From NCBI GenBank assembly GCA_026393755.1, contig JAPKZO010000040.1, positions 39,311 through 103,310 of the forward strand: DNA of 64,000 bases, in the 5' to 3' direction. Made by a program: the position numbers and the translations under genes. The notes beneath the pieces were generated by a model that saw only the letters and a list, made by a program, of their open reading frames with translations, was not told the origin of the DNA and searched no databases. Every line of letters begins with the position of its first letter. Within the stretch, counting starts at the first letter, position 1. The DNA is from Acidobacteriota bacterium. Lineage in GTDB: Bacteria; Acidobacteriota; Vicinamibacteria; Vicinamibacterales; JAKQTR01. Below are positions 1 to 9,473 of the stretch, piece by piece.

Positions 1-2
1 AC

Positions 3-722
3 ATCATGATGGCCACCGGCGGCACGCAACTGGCGAAGATCTTTGACGCCAACACGATCGGCGTATGGCAGTTCCACGTCGACTGGAAGAACCCGGCGAA
101 CACCACGGTGACATCGGCCGGGAACGTGGCGGTCGCACCCTACCACTATCTGTGCGACGGGCAGCTCACCAACTGCGTACCCCAACCGGGCATCGAGCGG
201 CGCCTCGACGCGCAGGGCGACAAGATCATGTCGCGGCTGGCCTATCGCAGGATTGGCACGCGCGAGTCGATCGTCGCCGTGCACTCGGTCAACACGGCAG
301 CCGGGGGCGGTGGCGTGCGCTGGTACGAATTCAGGGTCGGCAGAAACCGCACCGTGAGCCTCTATCAGCAAGGGACCTACGCGCCCGATGGCTTCTATCG
401 CTGGATGGCGAGCCCGGCCATCGACCGGCTGGGGAACATCGGTATCGGATACTCATTTGGCGGGACGCCGAACTTCGCGGGCCAGCGGTTCGCGGCGCGG
501 CTGGCCAGCGATCCGCCCGGGCAACTGACGCTGCGCGAAGTGGTGCTCGCCGAGGGCGAGGCCGCGCAAAACGCGCTCCGTTGGGAGGACTACACCCAGA
601 CCGCCATCGATCCGTCCGACGACTGCACGATCTGGTACGTCGGCGACTATCTCAAGAAGGACGCAACCGCCTATTCGTCCCGGATTGGCGCGTTCCGGCT
701 GCCGGGGTGCGCCGGCCGGTGA
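3..722 (+). CDS. hypothetical protein, C-terminal 239 codons (5' end outside the window)
   Basis: The frame is open from the window edge to TGA 720-722. The translation (GVRWYEFRVG, CTIWYVGDYLKKD) has ordinary composition, whereas overlapping frame 65-745 is an Arg/Gly/Pro-rich shadow. A strong hairpin follows. No family recognised by eye. Confidence 0.6.
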   Translation: MMMATGGTQLAKIFDANTIGVWQFHVDWKNPANTTVTSAGNVAVAPYHYLCDGQLTNCVPQPGIERRLDAQGDKIMSRLAYRRIGTRESIVAVHSVNTAAGGGGVRWYEFRVGRNRTVSLYQQGTYAPDGFYRWMASPAIDRLGNIGIGYSFGGTPNFAGQRFAARLASDPPGQLTLREVVLAEGEAAQNALRWEDYTQTAIDPSDDCTIWYVGDYLKKDATAYSSRIGAFRLPGCAGR

Positions 723-732
723 TCAATCGAGA

Positions 733-755
733 AAATGGGGTCTGACCCCATTTTC
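733..755 (+). terminator. intrinsic-terminator-like hairpin
   Basis: AAAATGGGGTC-T-GACCCCATTTT is a perfect 11+11 inverted repeat with A-run/T-run flanks, 11 nt after the stop at 722. Confidence 0.6.
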
Positions 756-783
756 TCGTCTCACCGTCGACACGACATAATGC

Positions 784-806
784 GAAATGGGGCCTGGCCC
801 CATTTC
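784..806 (-). terminator. intrinsic-terminator-like hairpin (sibling of 733-755)
   Basis: GAAATGGGGCC-T-GGCCCCATTTC is a perfect 11+11 inverted repeat. It ends 2 nt from the stop (808-810) of the convergent minus-strand gene. Confidence 0.55.
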
Positions 807-807
807 C

Positions 808-1764
808 CTATCGCAACCGATACGTCACCAGCGTGCGGAGGTTGAAGAAGCCGTCGTTCTGCACGGGCGCAGCGAAGCCGCGCCTGACAGAAAGCGGCGA
901 GTAGAAGGCATCCAGCCCCAGCGTCAACCGGTTGGTCAGCCGGTAGCTGACGCCTCCGCTGGCGGAGACCGCCGTCCCGTGAGACAGATAGTGGGTGTGG
1001 TCGATCATCCCGAACGTCAAGGCATCCACCTGGAACCCCACGTTCATGTACGAGAGTCCAACACCCAGGTGCGGCGAGAGCCTGTTCGAGGCGTCTGGCC
1101 AGAATGCAACAGTGGCCTCGCCCCCCGCATACCGAAGTGCTGCCGCGTCGGACGAGGCTGCCTGACAGCCTTCGGGGTTGCCAGCGGAACCCGGCGCGAG
1201 CGCCGCCGTCCTGACCGGGCAGGTATACGCGCCACGCACCGTGCCGATCTGCCCGTAGACACGAAGACCGACGGCCACCGCCGAGGTCCCGAAGACCGGT
1301 CGTTCGACGGCAAGCGCCAACAGCTTCGTGGTGAGCCCGAACATCGGGATCGGCGGCACGGCCGCAATCACGATCGCCAGGCTGCCCGGCAGACCGATGG
1401 TGACGCGGGGTCTCGGGAAAAATGGCGCCTTGTTGAGATCCTGCGTCTGGGTGCCGTTGTACCCCACCGTCCGTTGGGCGTCGGAAAGCGGAGGCAGCCA
1501 ACCCGCCTCGAGCCCGACGAGCACCGATCCGGGCTTGAGGGCGCGCGGCGTCTCGATCCCGCCTGGCAGCGTGGCCGACGTGAAGTACTTGAGGGCCCAC
1601 GATTCCGGTCTGTCGAACGACAGATGGTCCACCGTGTTCATCACCATCTGGGCGCCGGCTGGCGCCGGGGCGACGAAGCCGAGTGCGGTGCACAGGGTCA
1701 GGCACACGAGTGGAGCAACGAGTCCTGGTCGAAGACGGATGCTACTGCGTGGTTCGCGGTTCAT
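808..1764 (-). CDS. putative outer-membrane beta-barrel protein (family not recognised)
   Basis: 318-aa ORF with a signal-peptide-like N-terminus (LVAPLVCLTLCTALGFVAPAPAGAQ) and a Gly/aromatic-rich alternating pattern. It overlaps the upstream yceI-like gene by 23 nt. ORFs in other frames here are Arg-rich shadows. Confidence 0.7.
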   Translation of the reverse strand: MNREPRSSIRLRPGLVAPLVCLTLCTALGFVAPAPAGAQMVMNTVDHLSFDRPESWALKYFTSATLPGGIETPRALKPGSVLVGLEAGWLPPLSDAQRTVGYNGTQTQDLNKAPFFPRPRVTIGLPGSLAIVIAAVPPIPMFGLTTKLLALAVERPVFGTSAVAVGLRVYGQIGTVRGAYTCPVRTAALAPGSAGNPEGCQAASSDAAALRYAGGEATVAFWPDASNRLSPHLGVGLSYMNVGFQVDALTFGMIDHTHYLSHGTAVSASGGVSYRLTNRLTLGLDAFYSPLSVRRGFAAPVQNDGFFNLRTLVTYRLR

Positions 1765-2425
1765 CTGAGGGCCTCGTTCTAAGGACGAATTGAATGTCGA
1801 GCTCGTCTTTGACGCGAATGGTGCCGCCCGCTGCGGTGACCGGCACCATCCCGAAATCGGTCTGCTTCAGCACGAATGATCCCCGCGCGGTGATGCGGCC
1901 GCCCGGGTCCAGCGTGATGCTCGCCCGGATGGTCATGGGCCGCGCGACTCCGTGCAGCGTCATGTCGCCTTCGATCGAGACGTCCGCGGCGCCGGCTGTT
2001 CGCGCCGTGACGGAGACACGCCGGGATGAGAAGACAATGGTCGGAAACCGCGCAACATCCAGCACCGCCTCGCCCTGCATGACCTTCTGAACGTCGGCGA
2101 TGTCGGCGGGCGGCTCGCCTCTTCCGGTTACGCGCAGAGCGGCCGCGGCGAACTCGAGCTTGACGCTGGCATGCGGCAAGTCGGCCGGATCGAGAACGAC
2201 CCGACCGCGAACGCCGGTGGCTGCCACCTCGTGCGCGTGGCCGGCAAAGCCGAACAGGCCGGCTTTCCCGACCTGGATCAGCACCTGGCTGTTGGCCGCA
2301 TCAATCGCCAGCACGATCGAGCCAACGGGGGCCTGCCCAGCGGCCAACTGGCCCGCACCCAGCGTGATCAGCCAGGCTCCGATTGAAACGTTCCGTAACG
2401 AACCACGCATCATGGCTTGCCTCAC
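1742..2425 (-). CDS. YceI-like periplasmic family protein
   Basis: 227-aa ORF with a signal peptide (IGAWLITLGAGQLAAGQ). The FAGHAHEV and C-terminal GSFVLKQTDFGM segments match my memory of YceI-family proteins. The start could be 2425 or Met codons 12-15 nt downstream. Confidence 0.75.
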   Translation of the reverse strand: MRQAMMRGSLRNVSIGAWLITLGAGQLAAGQAPVGSIVLAIDAANSQVLIQVGKAGLFGFAGHAHEVAATGVRGRVVLDPADLPHASVKLEFAAAALRVTGRGEPPADIADVQKVMQGEAVLDVARFPTIVFSSRRVSVTARTAGAADVSIEGDMTLHGVARPMTIRASITLDPGGRITARGSFVLKQTDFGMVPVTAAGGTIRVKDELDIQFVLRTRPSDEPRTTQ

Positions 2426-2460
2426 CTCTACCCGGACTCGTTGACACCCGTCTCATCCCG

Positions 2461-2478
2461 TTGCAAGAGGTATGCCCC
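2461..2478 (-). promoter_or_regulatory. sigma-54-type (-24/-12) promoter candidate for the yceI-like operon
   Basis: The minus strand reads GGGGCATACCTCTTGCAA, i.e. GGCAT-N5-TTGCA. This has the exact GG-N8-TTGC spacing of the TGGCAC-N5-TTGCA consensus. It lies about 35-40 nt upstream of the start at 2425. Confidence 0.45.
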
Positions 2479-2488
2479 ACTGATTGAA

Positions 2489-2518
2489 CGCGATTGGCGC
2501 GAGGCGTCGTCAATCGCG
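2489..2518. promoter_or_regulatory. inverted repeat, candidate enhancer (UAS) for a sigma-54 activator
   Basis: CGCGATTG-N14-CAATCGCG, with overlapping GGCGCGA/TCGCGCC symmetry. It lies between the two divergent sigma-54-type promoters, about 100-130 nt upstream of the plus-strand one. Confidence 0.3.
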
Positions 2519-2617
2519 CCGGATCCGGCGCTTACCGGCCACGTAGGCGCTTACGTCGTTGGTAAGAGTTCGACACGGAGAATCGAGGAAAACGCCCAAT
2601 CGCAGGGGGCGGGATTG

Positions 2618-2633
2618 CGGCACCACACTTGCT
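2618..2633 (+). promoter_or_regulatory. sigma-54-type (-24/-12) promoter candidate for the cupredoxin gene
   Basis: CGGCAC-CACAC-TTGCT: GG at 2619-2620 and GC at 2631-2632 with consensus spacing. The GC element is about 59 nt upstream of ATG 2691. Confidence 0.5.
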
Positions 2634-2690
2634 CAAGCGTGTGTTGTCCGACAGGACGGCGGGCCACAACGGCTCCCGAAAGGAACGAAG

Positions 2691-3146
2691 ATGAGCTCCC
2701 GAATTTCCTCCCGAATCTCAGTAGCAACGGGCAGCGTGCTCGTGGTCGCGTCGGCCCTGGTTCTTCTCGCCGCGTCGACCCTGGTTGGCTGCAACGGCAG
2801 CGGCGGCAGCTACAGCCCCATGGCACCGACCGGAACGTCGCCCTACACGCCACCGTCGGATCCAGGCTCCGGTGTGGCGGATGTGACGATTTCAATCGTC
2901 GGGATGAACGGCGCCCTCTCGTACTCGCCAAATCCGGCCACGGTGAAGATTGGCCAAACGGTGGCTTGGCGCAACGTCGATAGTGTGCCCCATACGGCGA
3001 CGGCCGACGGGGGAGCGTTCGACACAGGGACCATCGGGGTCGGCGCGAAGAGCAACCCGATCCTGATGGCGACGGCGGGAAGCTTCCCGTATCACTGCGC
3101 CATCCACGGATTCTCGATGACCGGGACGTTGGTGGTCACCCCGTAG
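2691..3146 (+). CDS. cupredoxin (type-1 copper, plastocyanin/azurin-like) lipoprotein
   Basis: ATG 2691 is preceded by purine-rich GGAACGAAG. Lipobox LVGC follows a hydrophobic segment. The C-terminal copper-ligand pattern is YHCAIHGFSM (Cys-x2-His-x3-Met) with an upstream His (VPHTA). The ORF-track start at 2559 adds an Arg-rich leader and was not used. Confidence 0.85.
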   Translation: MSSRISSRISVATGSVLVVASALVLLAASTLVGCNGSGGSYSPMAPTGTSPYTPPSDPGSGVADVTISIVGMNGALSYSPNPATVKIGQTVAWRNVDSVPHTATADGGAFDTGTIGVGAKSNPILMATAGSFPYHCAIHGFSMTGTLVVTP

Positions 3147-3185
3147 GTTCACGCCAACCGGCACAATCCTATCTACGGTTCCGTT

Positions 3186-3210
3186 GGGGCAACCGCCCGG
3201 GGGTTGCCCC
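3186..3210 (+). terminator. GC-rich hairpin after the cupredoxin gene
   Basis: GGGGCAACC-gcccggg-GGTTGCCCC, a 9-bp stem and 7-nt loop followed by TTCCGCTTTCC, between convergent genes. Confidence 0.45.
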
Positions 3211-3246
3211 TTCCGCTTTCCTACCCGGCATAACGATCTTCTGAAT

Positions 3247-3266
3247 GGGCGCGATGAATCGCGCCC
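3247..3266 (-). terminator. hairpin abutting the stop of the NtrC-family gene
   Basis: GGGCGCGAT-GA-ATCGCGCCC. On the minus strand it starts directly after the TAG at 3267-3269. Confidence 0.4.
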
Positions 3267-4655
<1,389 letters not shown>

Positions 4656-4671
4656 GTGATGTCCTTCCGCG

Positions 4672-6489
4672 TCATCCGGCGGCGGCCGCTCGTGGCCCGC
4701 CAGGCGGACTTGGGGGCAGTGCGATGCGGACTTCGGTGCCGCGCGAGATCACACTCGACACGGCGATCGTGCCGCCGAGGCCGTCGACAATGCTGCGGGC
4801 GATCGCCAGCCCAAGCCCGGTGCCCGCCCGCCGGGTCGTAAAGTACGGTTCGAACACGTGCGCCAGCATCTTCGGTTCGATGCCGACGCCCTCGTCGCTC
4901 ACCGTCACGATCACGCCGCCGCCTTCGGCAGACTGGCTGCGGCACGTGATACCCGGTTCGGTGGCCACCGTCGCCGAGTCGGCCCGCGCCGCCTTGACGG
5001 CTTGAGCCGCATTCGACAGCACGTTGACAAGCACGGTGCGCAGGCGGTCGGCGTCGGTGATCACCGGCACCACGTCGGCAGAGAGCGCCAGCGTGATGCC
5101 GATGCCCGACTCTGCCGTCTCGACCGCGCGCACCGACTCCCGGCAGATCTCATTCGGGTCGGCCGTCTGCCACGTGAACGTGATGGGCTTGGCGTAGTCG
5201 AGCACCTCGCTCACAACGCGGTTCAGCCGCGCGATTTCGCCGTCGATGTCCTGGAGCGCCTCGCCAATCGATTCGGGACTCGCGCCGGGCTGACGCAACG
5301 ATCTGACGGCGGTCTTGATGATCATCAGCGGGTTGCGAATCTCGTGGGCCACCACGCTCGACAGTCGTCCGAGCGACGACAACCGCTCGCGCTGCGACGC
5401 TTCCCGCTCGAATCGCGCGATCGACTCGGTCAGCGTATTGAACGTCGACGCCAGCAGGCGCGCATCTTCATCTTCCCATGCCCCCGGCCGAGAGGGGATC
5501 CGTCTGGTGAGATCGCCTGTCGCGGCGACCTCTCGCATCACGGTGGTAATCGCCGCCAGCGGCCTCGTCACCGTTCGCGCGACGGCATAACTCAGGATCG
5601 TGGCCAGCAGCACCGCGACGATCACCATGATTCCAATGCCGGTCTGGATGGGCCCGAGAAATCGCAATTGCTCAGTCCGCGATCGCAGCACCACGACAAA
5701 CGGTCCGCGATCCGCGGTGGCGGCCGATCCGGATCCGATCGAGGCGGGCATGCCCGTGGCCACCGGCTGCGACAGCACCACGTATTCATCGACGCCCAAC
5801 GCCGTCCGCGAGATGCCGACCTGCCGCCGCGCCGTTTCAATCGACGTCCAGACCGCCGACGGCAGCGTCGCCGCCCGGATGCGCCCGTCCAGGCCAAAGG
5901 CGATGTCACTGCCGGTCAGATCCTTGAAATCCTCGGCGCGGGCCCTATCCATCAGGAACCCGAGGCTGAACGTGCCTGCCAGTTCGACCGGATCGCGCCC
6001 AACAGTGATCGGCACGGAAAGCACCTGGAGAATCCCCGCGGGATGGGACCAGAACGACACGCCGCTGATCCCGGTCAGTGCCGTGCGCACCGACGGCAGC
6101 GCGGTGACCGCCGCCGCGTCCAGGGCGACTGGCCCGGCGTTGGCCAGCACGCGGCCCGCGCGATCGGTGACCACCACCAGGCTCGATCGCGTCAGCATCT
6201 GCTGATACTCAACCGCCAGCGGCTGCACAGTCGGGGGATCGCCGGTGGCGGTTGCGGCTTTCAGCTTCGGCAGATCGGCGGTCAGGCGCGCCAGCAGCGT
6301 GAAACTCTCGGACAGCCCCTCGCTCTGCCTGCCGACGACAGCGCCGGCCTCGACGAGCCCGCGATGCAATCCGGCCTCGGCCTCAGCCGTCACGCGCCCG
6401 CTGACAAACCACGCGGTGACTCCGATGGCGACAACCACCAGCAGCGCGGCCGCGAGGAAGATCCGATTGGTGAGTGACGCCAGCAGCAT
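4672..6489 (-). CDS. sensor histidine kinase (periplasmic sensor, HAMP, HisKA, HATPase)
   Basis: Two TM segments bracket a ~260-aa domain. H-box SSVVAHEIRNPL. N/G boxes (VLSNAAQA, DEGVGI, GTGLGLAI). It ends 16 nt upstream of the NtrC-family gene. Confidence 0.9.
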   Translation of the reverse strand: MLLASLTNRIFLAAALLVVVAIGVTAWFVSGRVTAEAEAGLHRGLVEAGAVVGRQSEGLSESFTLLARLTADLPKLKAATATGDPPTVQPLAVEYQQMLTRSSLVVVTDRAGRVLANAGPVALDAAAVTALPSVRTALTGISGVSFWSHPAGILQVLSVPITVGRDPVELAGTFSLGFLMDRARAEDFKDLTGSDIAFGLDGRIRAATLPSAVWTSIETARRQVGISRTALGVDEYVVLSQPVATGMPASIGSGSAATADRGPFVVVLRSRTEQLRFLGPIQTGIGIMVIVAVLLATILSYAVARTVTRPLAAITTVMREVAATGDLTRRIPSRPGAWEDEDARLLASTFNTLTESIARFEREASQRERLSSLGRLSSVVAHEIRNPLMIIKTAVRSLRQPGASPESIGEALQDIDGEIARLNRVVSEVLDYAKPITFTWQTADPNEICRESVRAVETAESGIGITLALSADVVPVITDADRLRTVLVNVLSNAAQAVKAARADSATVATEPGITCRSQSAEGGGVIVTVSDEGVGIEPKMLAHVFEPYFTTRRAGTGLGLAIARSIVDGLGGTIAVSSVISRGTEVRIALPPSPPGGPRAAAAG

Positions 6490-6505
6490 GGGTATCGGTC
6501 GCCGG

Positions 6506-7207
6506 TTACCGGATCACGAAATCGGCCACGACGTCGCCGCCCCGTTCGGGCACGACGACGGGGCGGGTCTCACGCACGTCACCCTCGTACCACACCGCCA
6601 GCGTGTAGGAACCCGGAGGCACGCGAGTGATGCTATAGCGTCCGGCCCCGTCGGTGACAGCGAAGAACCGATGGGCGAAGACGAGGATGAATGCGCGCAT
6701 ATGCGAGTGGATGTCGCAGAACACCTGCACGACGCCGGGCCGATCGAAACGGACGGCCTTCGACAGGCCCCGGGCATACCGGCCCAGGTCGAACGACTTG
6801 GTCTTCGACAGCGAGAACACGTTGTGGAACGTGAGGTCGGCGTTCGGAAAGTCGACGGTGGTCCCGACGGTGATCGCGAGCACGTGCGGAACAAACGTCT
6901 GGTCCAGCTGCTTCATCGTCGCCCGCACCGACTCGTCGGGTTCGAACGCGCCCCGAGGCGCGGTGTCGAGATAGAGGACCGCCGGCCTCAGTTCGGCAGG
7001 CCTGGCCGAGGCGGCGCCAAGCGAGGCCGCGTTGGGACGCTCTTCGATCGTCACGTGGCTCCGCCGCAGATCGACCCGGCCGCCAATCACACCATCCGCC
7101 GATGACACGCGCGCACCGCCCCACACGATCAGTACGGCGGCACCAGCCGCGATGACGGCGAACGCACGAACACGACGGGATGTCACCTGGCGCCACACGA
7201 CGGTCAT
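6506..7207 (-). CDS. cupredoxin-like plus carboxypeptidase-regulatory-like domain protein (often annotated methylamine-utilisation-like)
   Basis: Start moved to ATG 7207, which forms an ATGA overlap with the stop of the upstream gene and gives a TM/signal anchor (AFAVIAAGAAVLIVWGG). Motifs TVDFPNADLTFHNVFSLS and VFCDIHSHM are cupredoxin-like. C-terminal GRYSITRVPPGSYTLAVW is CarboxypepD_reg-like. Confidence 0.8.
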   Translation of the reverse strand: MTVVWRQVTSRRVRAFAVIAAGAAVLIVWGGARVSSADGVIGGRVDLRRSHVTIEERPNAASLGAASARPAELRPAVLYLDTAPRGAFEPDESVRATMKQLDQTFVPHVLAITVGTTVDFPNADLTFHNVFSLSKTKSFDLGRYARGLSKAVRFDRPGVVQVFCDIHSHMRAFILVFAHRFFAVTDGAGRYSITRVPPGSYTLAVWYEGDVRETRPVVVPERGGDVVADFVIR

Positions 7208-8454
7208 AACCAGAACGACAGTTGAACGCCGACCAGGGTGTCGCGGCGGATCTGCCCGCCGTCCCGCCAATGGCTCAACACGGACGACTTCAGCAGCAGC
7301 CCCCGGCGAATCGTGTATCCCAAGCCCAGTTCGACGCGCGAGACGTCCGCATCCCACGTCATGTCACCAGTCGACGTGCGGATCGACGAGAACCAGATGC
7401 GATCGGCGCGAGCCGCGACAAAGAGGCCTGGGCGCACGCGAACCCGCCCCTCCACGTAGCCTCCATGGGCGGCAAGCGGTTTCGTGATTGCCGGCGAGTC
7501 AATCGCCGGCACGGACCACTGGTTCACGACGAACTCACCGCGAACGAGCCACCGATCCCACGAGGTCTCGACATCGACGCCGACGGCCTGCTGGCGGCTG
7601 CTGGTGTCGCGAATGTCGGACCGCGTTGCGAGCACATCGCGGCCGAGCAGCGCGCCACGTGCGGCCGAGAGACCGACGCTCAGGGCGGGCAGGGGCCGCC
7701 AGGCGAGACGGCCTGCGAGCTGCCGACCGGCGTTGTCGTCTCTCACGACCGGATTCGAGAGCGTCCCAGCCGTGACGGCCACGGCCCCTTCGAGCGTCTG
7801 CGTACCGAATCGCGCCTGAATGCCGGTGTCCCAGCGCGACGCGGAGACAATCGGGAGCCCGCTATCCGCGTAGGCGTTTCCGACGGGATAGTGGACGGCC
7901 CATCCCCGGCCACGCATCCGGGCCAAGTCGTCGGCCGATGCAGGCACGGCATCGGCACGCATCGTCGTCAGATACTGGTAGACGAGCGGGACACCGATCA
8001 GCGGATTGTCCTGCGGATAATTGCGGCGCCCGTACGCGCCAAACACCGGAGGAATGCGGCCTGCCTGGATCGTCACCGCGCCGCTGTCGAGTGGATTGAG
8101 CCGGACGTACCACGCGTAGGGCCGTATCCCAAGACCGGTCTCGGCGCGCAGTTCCGCTAACAGGATCAGGCGGCGCGAGACCCGCGCTTCGACAGTCAGC
8201 CCGGCGTGCATCCGGCGCAGCGTGTCGGTTTCGTAATCGGCGTAGGTGAACCAGCCGGGATCGGCGCTGCCATAGGTGACCGATGCGTCACCGGCGACCA
8301 GCAGACGCCCGTCGAACAACGTCACTGGTTGCGTCGGCCAGGATTGAGCGAACGCGTCACCGGCGTGGACGCCGAGTGACGAGACGGCGACCAGCGCAGC
8401 CACTGCGAGCGGCCGAAGATAGCGCAACCGGAGCATGCGGGGTGCCTGATCCAT
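7204..8454 (-). CDS. putative outer-membrane beta-barrel/porin-like protein
   Basis: 416-aa ORF with a signal peptide (LAVAALVAVSSLGVHAGDAFAQ), alternating beta-strand-like sequence and C-terminal GVQLSFWL. It is the first gene of a 4-gene minus-strand unit with the cupredoxin-like, kinase and NtrC-family genes. Confidence 0.7.
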   Translation of the reverse strand: MDQAPRMLRLRYLRPLAVAALVAVSSLGVHAGDAFAQSWPTQPVTLFDGRLLVAGDASVTYGSADPGWFTYADYETDTLRRMHAGLTVEARVSRRLILLAELRAETGLGIRPYAWYVRLNPLDSGAVTIQAGRIPPVFGAYGRRNYPQDNPLIGVPLVYQYLTTMRADAVPASADDLARMRGRGWAVHYPVGNAYADSGLPIVSASRWDTGIQARFGTQTLEGAVAVTAGTLSNPVVRDDNAGRQLAGRLAWRPLPALSVGLSAARGALLGRDVLATRSDIRDTSSRQQAVGVDVETSWDRWLVRGEFVVNQWSVPAIDSPAITKPLAAHGGYVEGRVRVRPGLFVAARADRIWFSSIRTSTGDMTWDADVSRVELGLGYTIRRGLLLKSSVLSHWRDGGQIRRDTLVGVQLSFWL

Positions 8455-8475
8455 TCTATGTGAGAACGCGGGCGC

Positions 8476-8590
8476 GAGATAACCACTCCGGAGTGATTAC
8501 CTGGAAGCGTTTGCCTGCCTGGGCTGGCGATAATCACTCCGGGATTGATTAACTCGGGCTGGCGATAATCACTCCGGGAGAGTGATTATC
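8476..8590. repeat. palindromic repeat cluster A (3 copies)
   Basis: Copies at 8481-8499 (AACCACTCCGGAGTGATTA), 8531-8552 and 8566-8589. The last two sit in a tandem 35-bp unit (8521-8555 / 8556-8590) whose first 24 nt are identical. The stop codon (8586-8588) of the upstream gene lies inside the last copy. Confidence 0.9.
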
Positions 8591-9467
8591 TGTTGATGAC
8601 CGCGCGGAGGGCGCGGATGTGGGCGGGGGTGGTGCCGCAGCATCCGCCGATGATCTGCACGCCCGCGGCCAGCAGTTCAGATGCCCTCGACGCCACTTCG
8701 TCCGGCGTCTCGGGGTACACGGTGGCGCCGTGGCTGATGACGGGCAGGCCCGCGTTGGCCTGGATCGCGATGGGCACGCCGGCGTGTTGTTTGAACGCGC
8801 GCGCAATCTCGACCATCGTTTCGATGCCGAAGCCGCAGTTTGATCCCACGATGTCCGCGCCGGCGGCCTGCAGTCCATTGGCGGCGGCGGGAATCGAGAC
8901 GCCCATCACCGTGAAGAACCCGCGGCGCGTCTTCTCGAAAGTCATGGTGGCGAGGATCGGGACGCGTGGCGCCGCCGCGCGGATGGCCGCGACGGCCATC
9001 GTGGCTTCGTCGAGATCGGTCATCGTCTCGACGCAGAACAGGTCGACGCCCGCGCCGGCCAGCGCCGCCGCCTGTCGCTCGAACGCCGCCGCCATCTGCG
9101 CCGGGTCGGTGTTGCCGAACGGCAGCCGCAGCCGACCGGTCGGCCCCATCGAGGCCGAGACGTAGGCGCGGTCTCCCACCGCCCGGCGAACGGCCGCGAC
9201 GGCCTGGACATTAATCTCCTCAGCGCGGTCCGCGAGAGCGAATGACTCCAGCTTGAGCGGCGATCCGCCGAACGTGTTGGTGGTGATGATCTCGGCGCCC
9301 GCCTCGAGATACAGGGCGGCAATCGCTTCAATCACGTCGGGGCGGTCGAGATTGAACAGTTCCGGCGGTTCGCCGGCCCTCAGTCCGCGCTCCATCAGCA
9401 ACGTGCCCCAGGCCCCGTCGCCGAGGATCACCTCACCCCGCGCCAGCCGTTCGCGAATGTCATCCAT
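8586..9467 (-). CDS. homocysteine-binding S-methyltransferase domain protein (MetH N-terminal module-like)
   Basis: 293 aa. ILGDGAWGT, TTNTFGG and the Zn-ligand cysteines VGSNCGFG and IIGGCCGTTPAHI are typical of the Hcy-binding (S-methyl_trans) domain. Confidence 0.9.
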   Translation of the reverse strand: MDDIRERLARGEVILGDGAWGTLLMERGLRAGEPPELFNLDRPDVIEAIAALYLEAGAEIITTNTFGGSPLKLESFALADRAEEINVQAVAAVRRAVGDRAYVSASMGPTGRLRLPFGNTDPAQMAAAFERQAAALAGAGVDLFCVETMTDLDEATMAVAAIRAAAPRVPILATMTFEKTRRGFFTVMGVSIPAAANGLQAAGADIVGSNCGFGIETMVEIARAFKQHAGVPIAIQANAGLPVISHGATVYPETPDEVASRASELLAAGVQIIGGCCGTTPAHIRALRAVINR

Positions 9468-9473
9468 GCCGCG

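Noticed and set aside
4858-6477. 539-aa ORF on the plus strand
   Set aside because: It is antisense to the histidine kinase gene, whose H-box and ATPase motifs are unambiguous. The translation is extremely Arg/Gly/Asp/His-rich with no motifs, a typical high-GC shadow frame.
8283-8552. Short ORFs spanning the palindromic repeats (8283-8552, 31456-32052, 31932-32150, 46293-47144)
   Set aside because: Their only distinctive peptide strings (NHSG, ITPGVI) are the repeat translated. They overlap real genes or intergenic repeats and lack starts with RBS.
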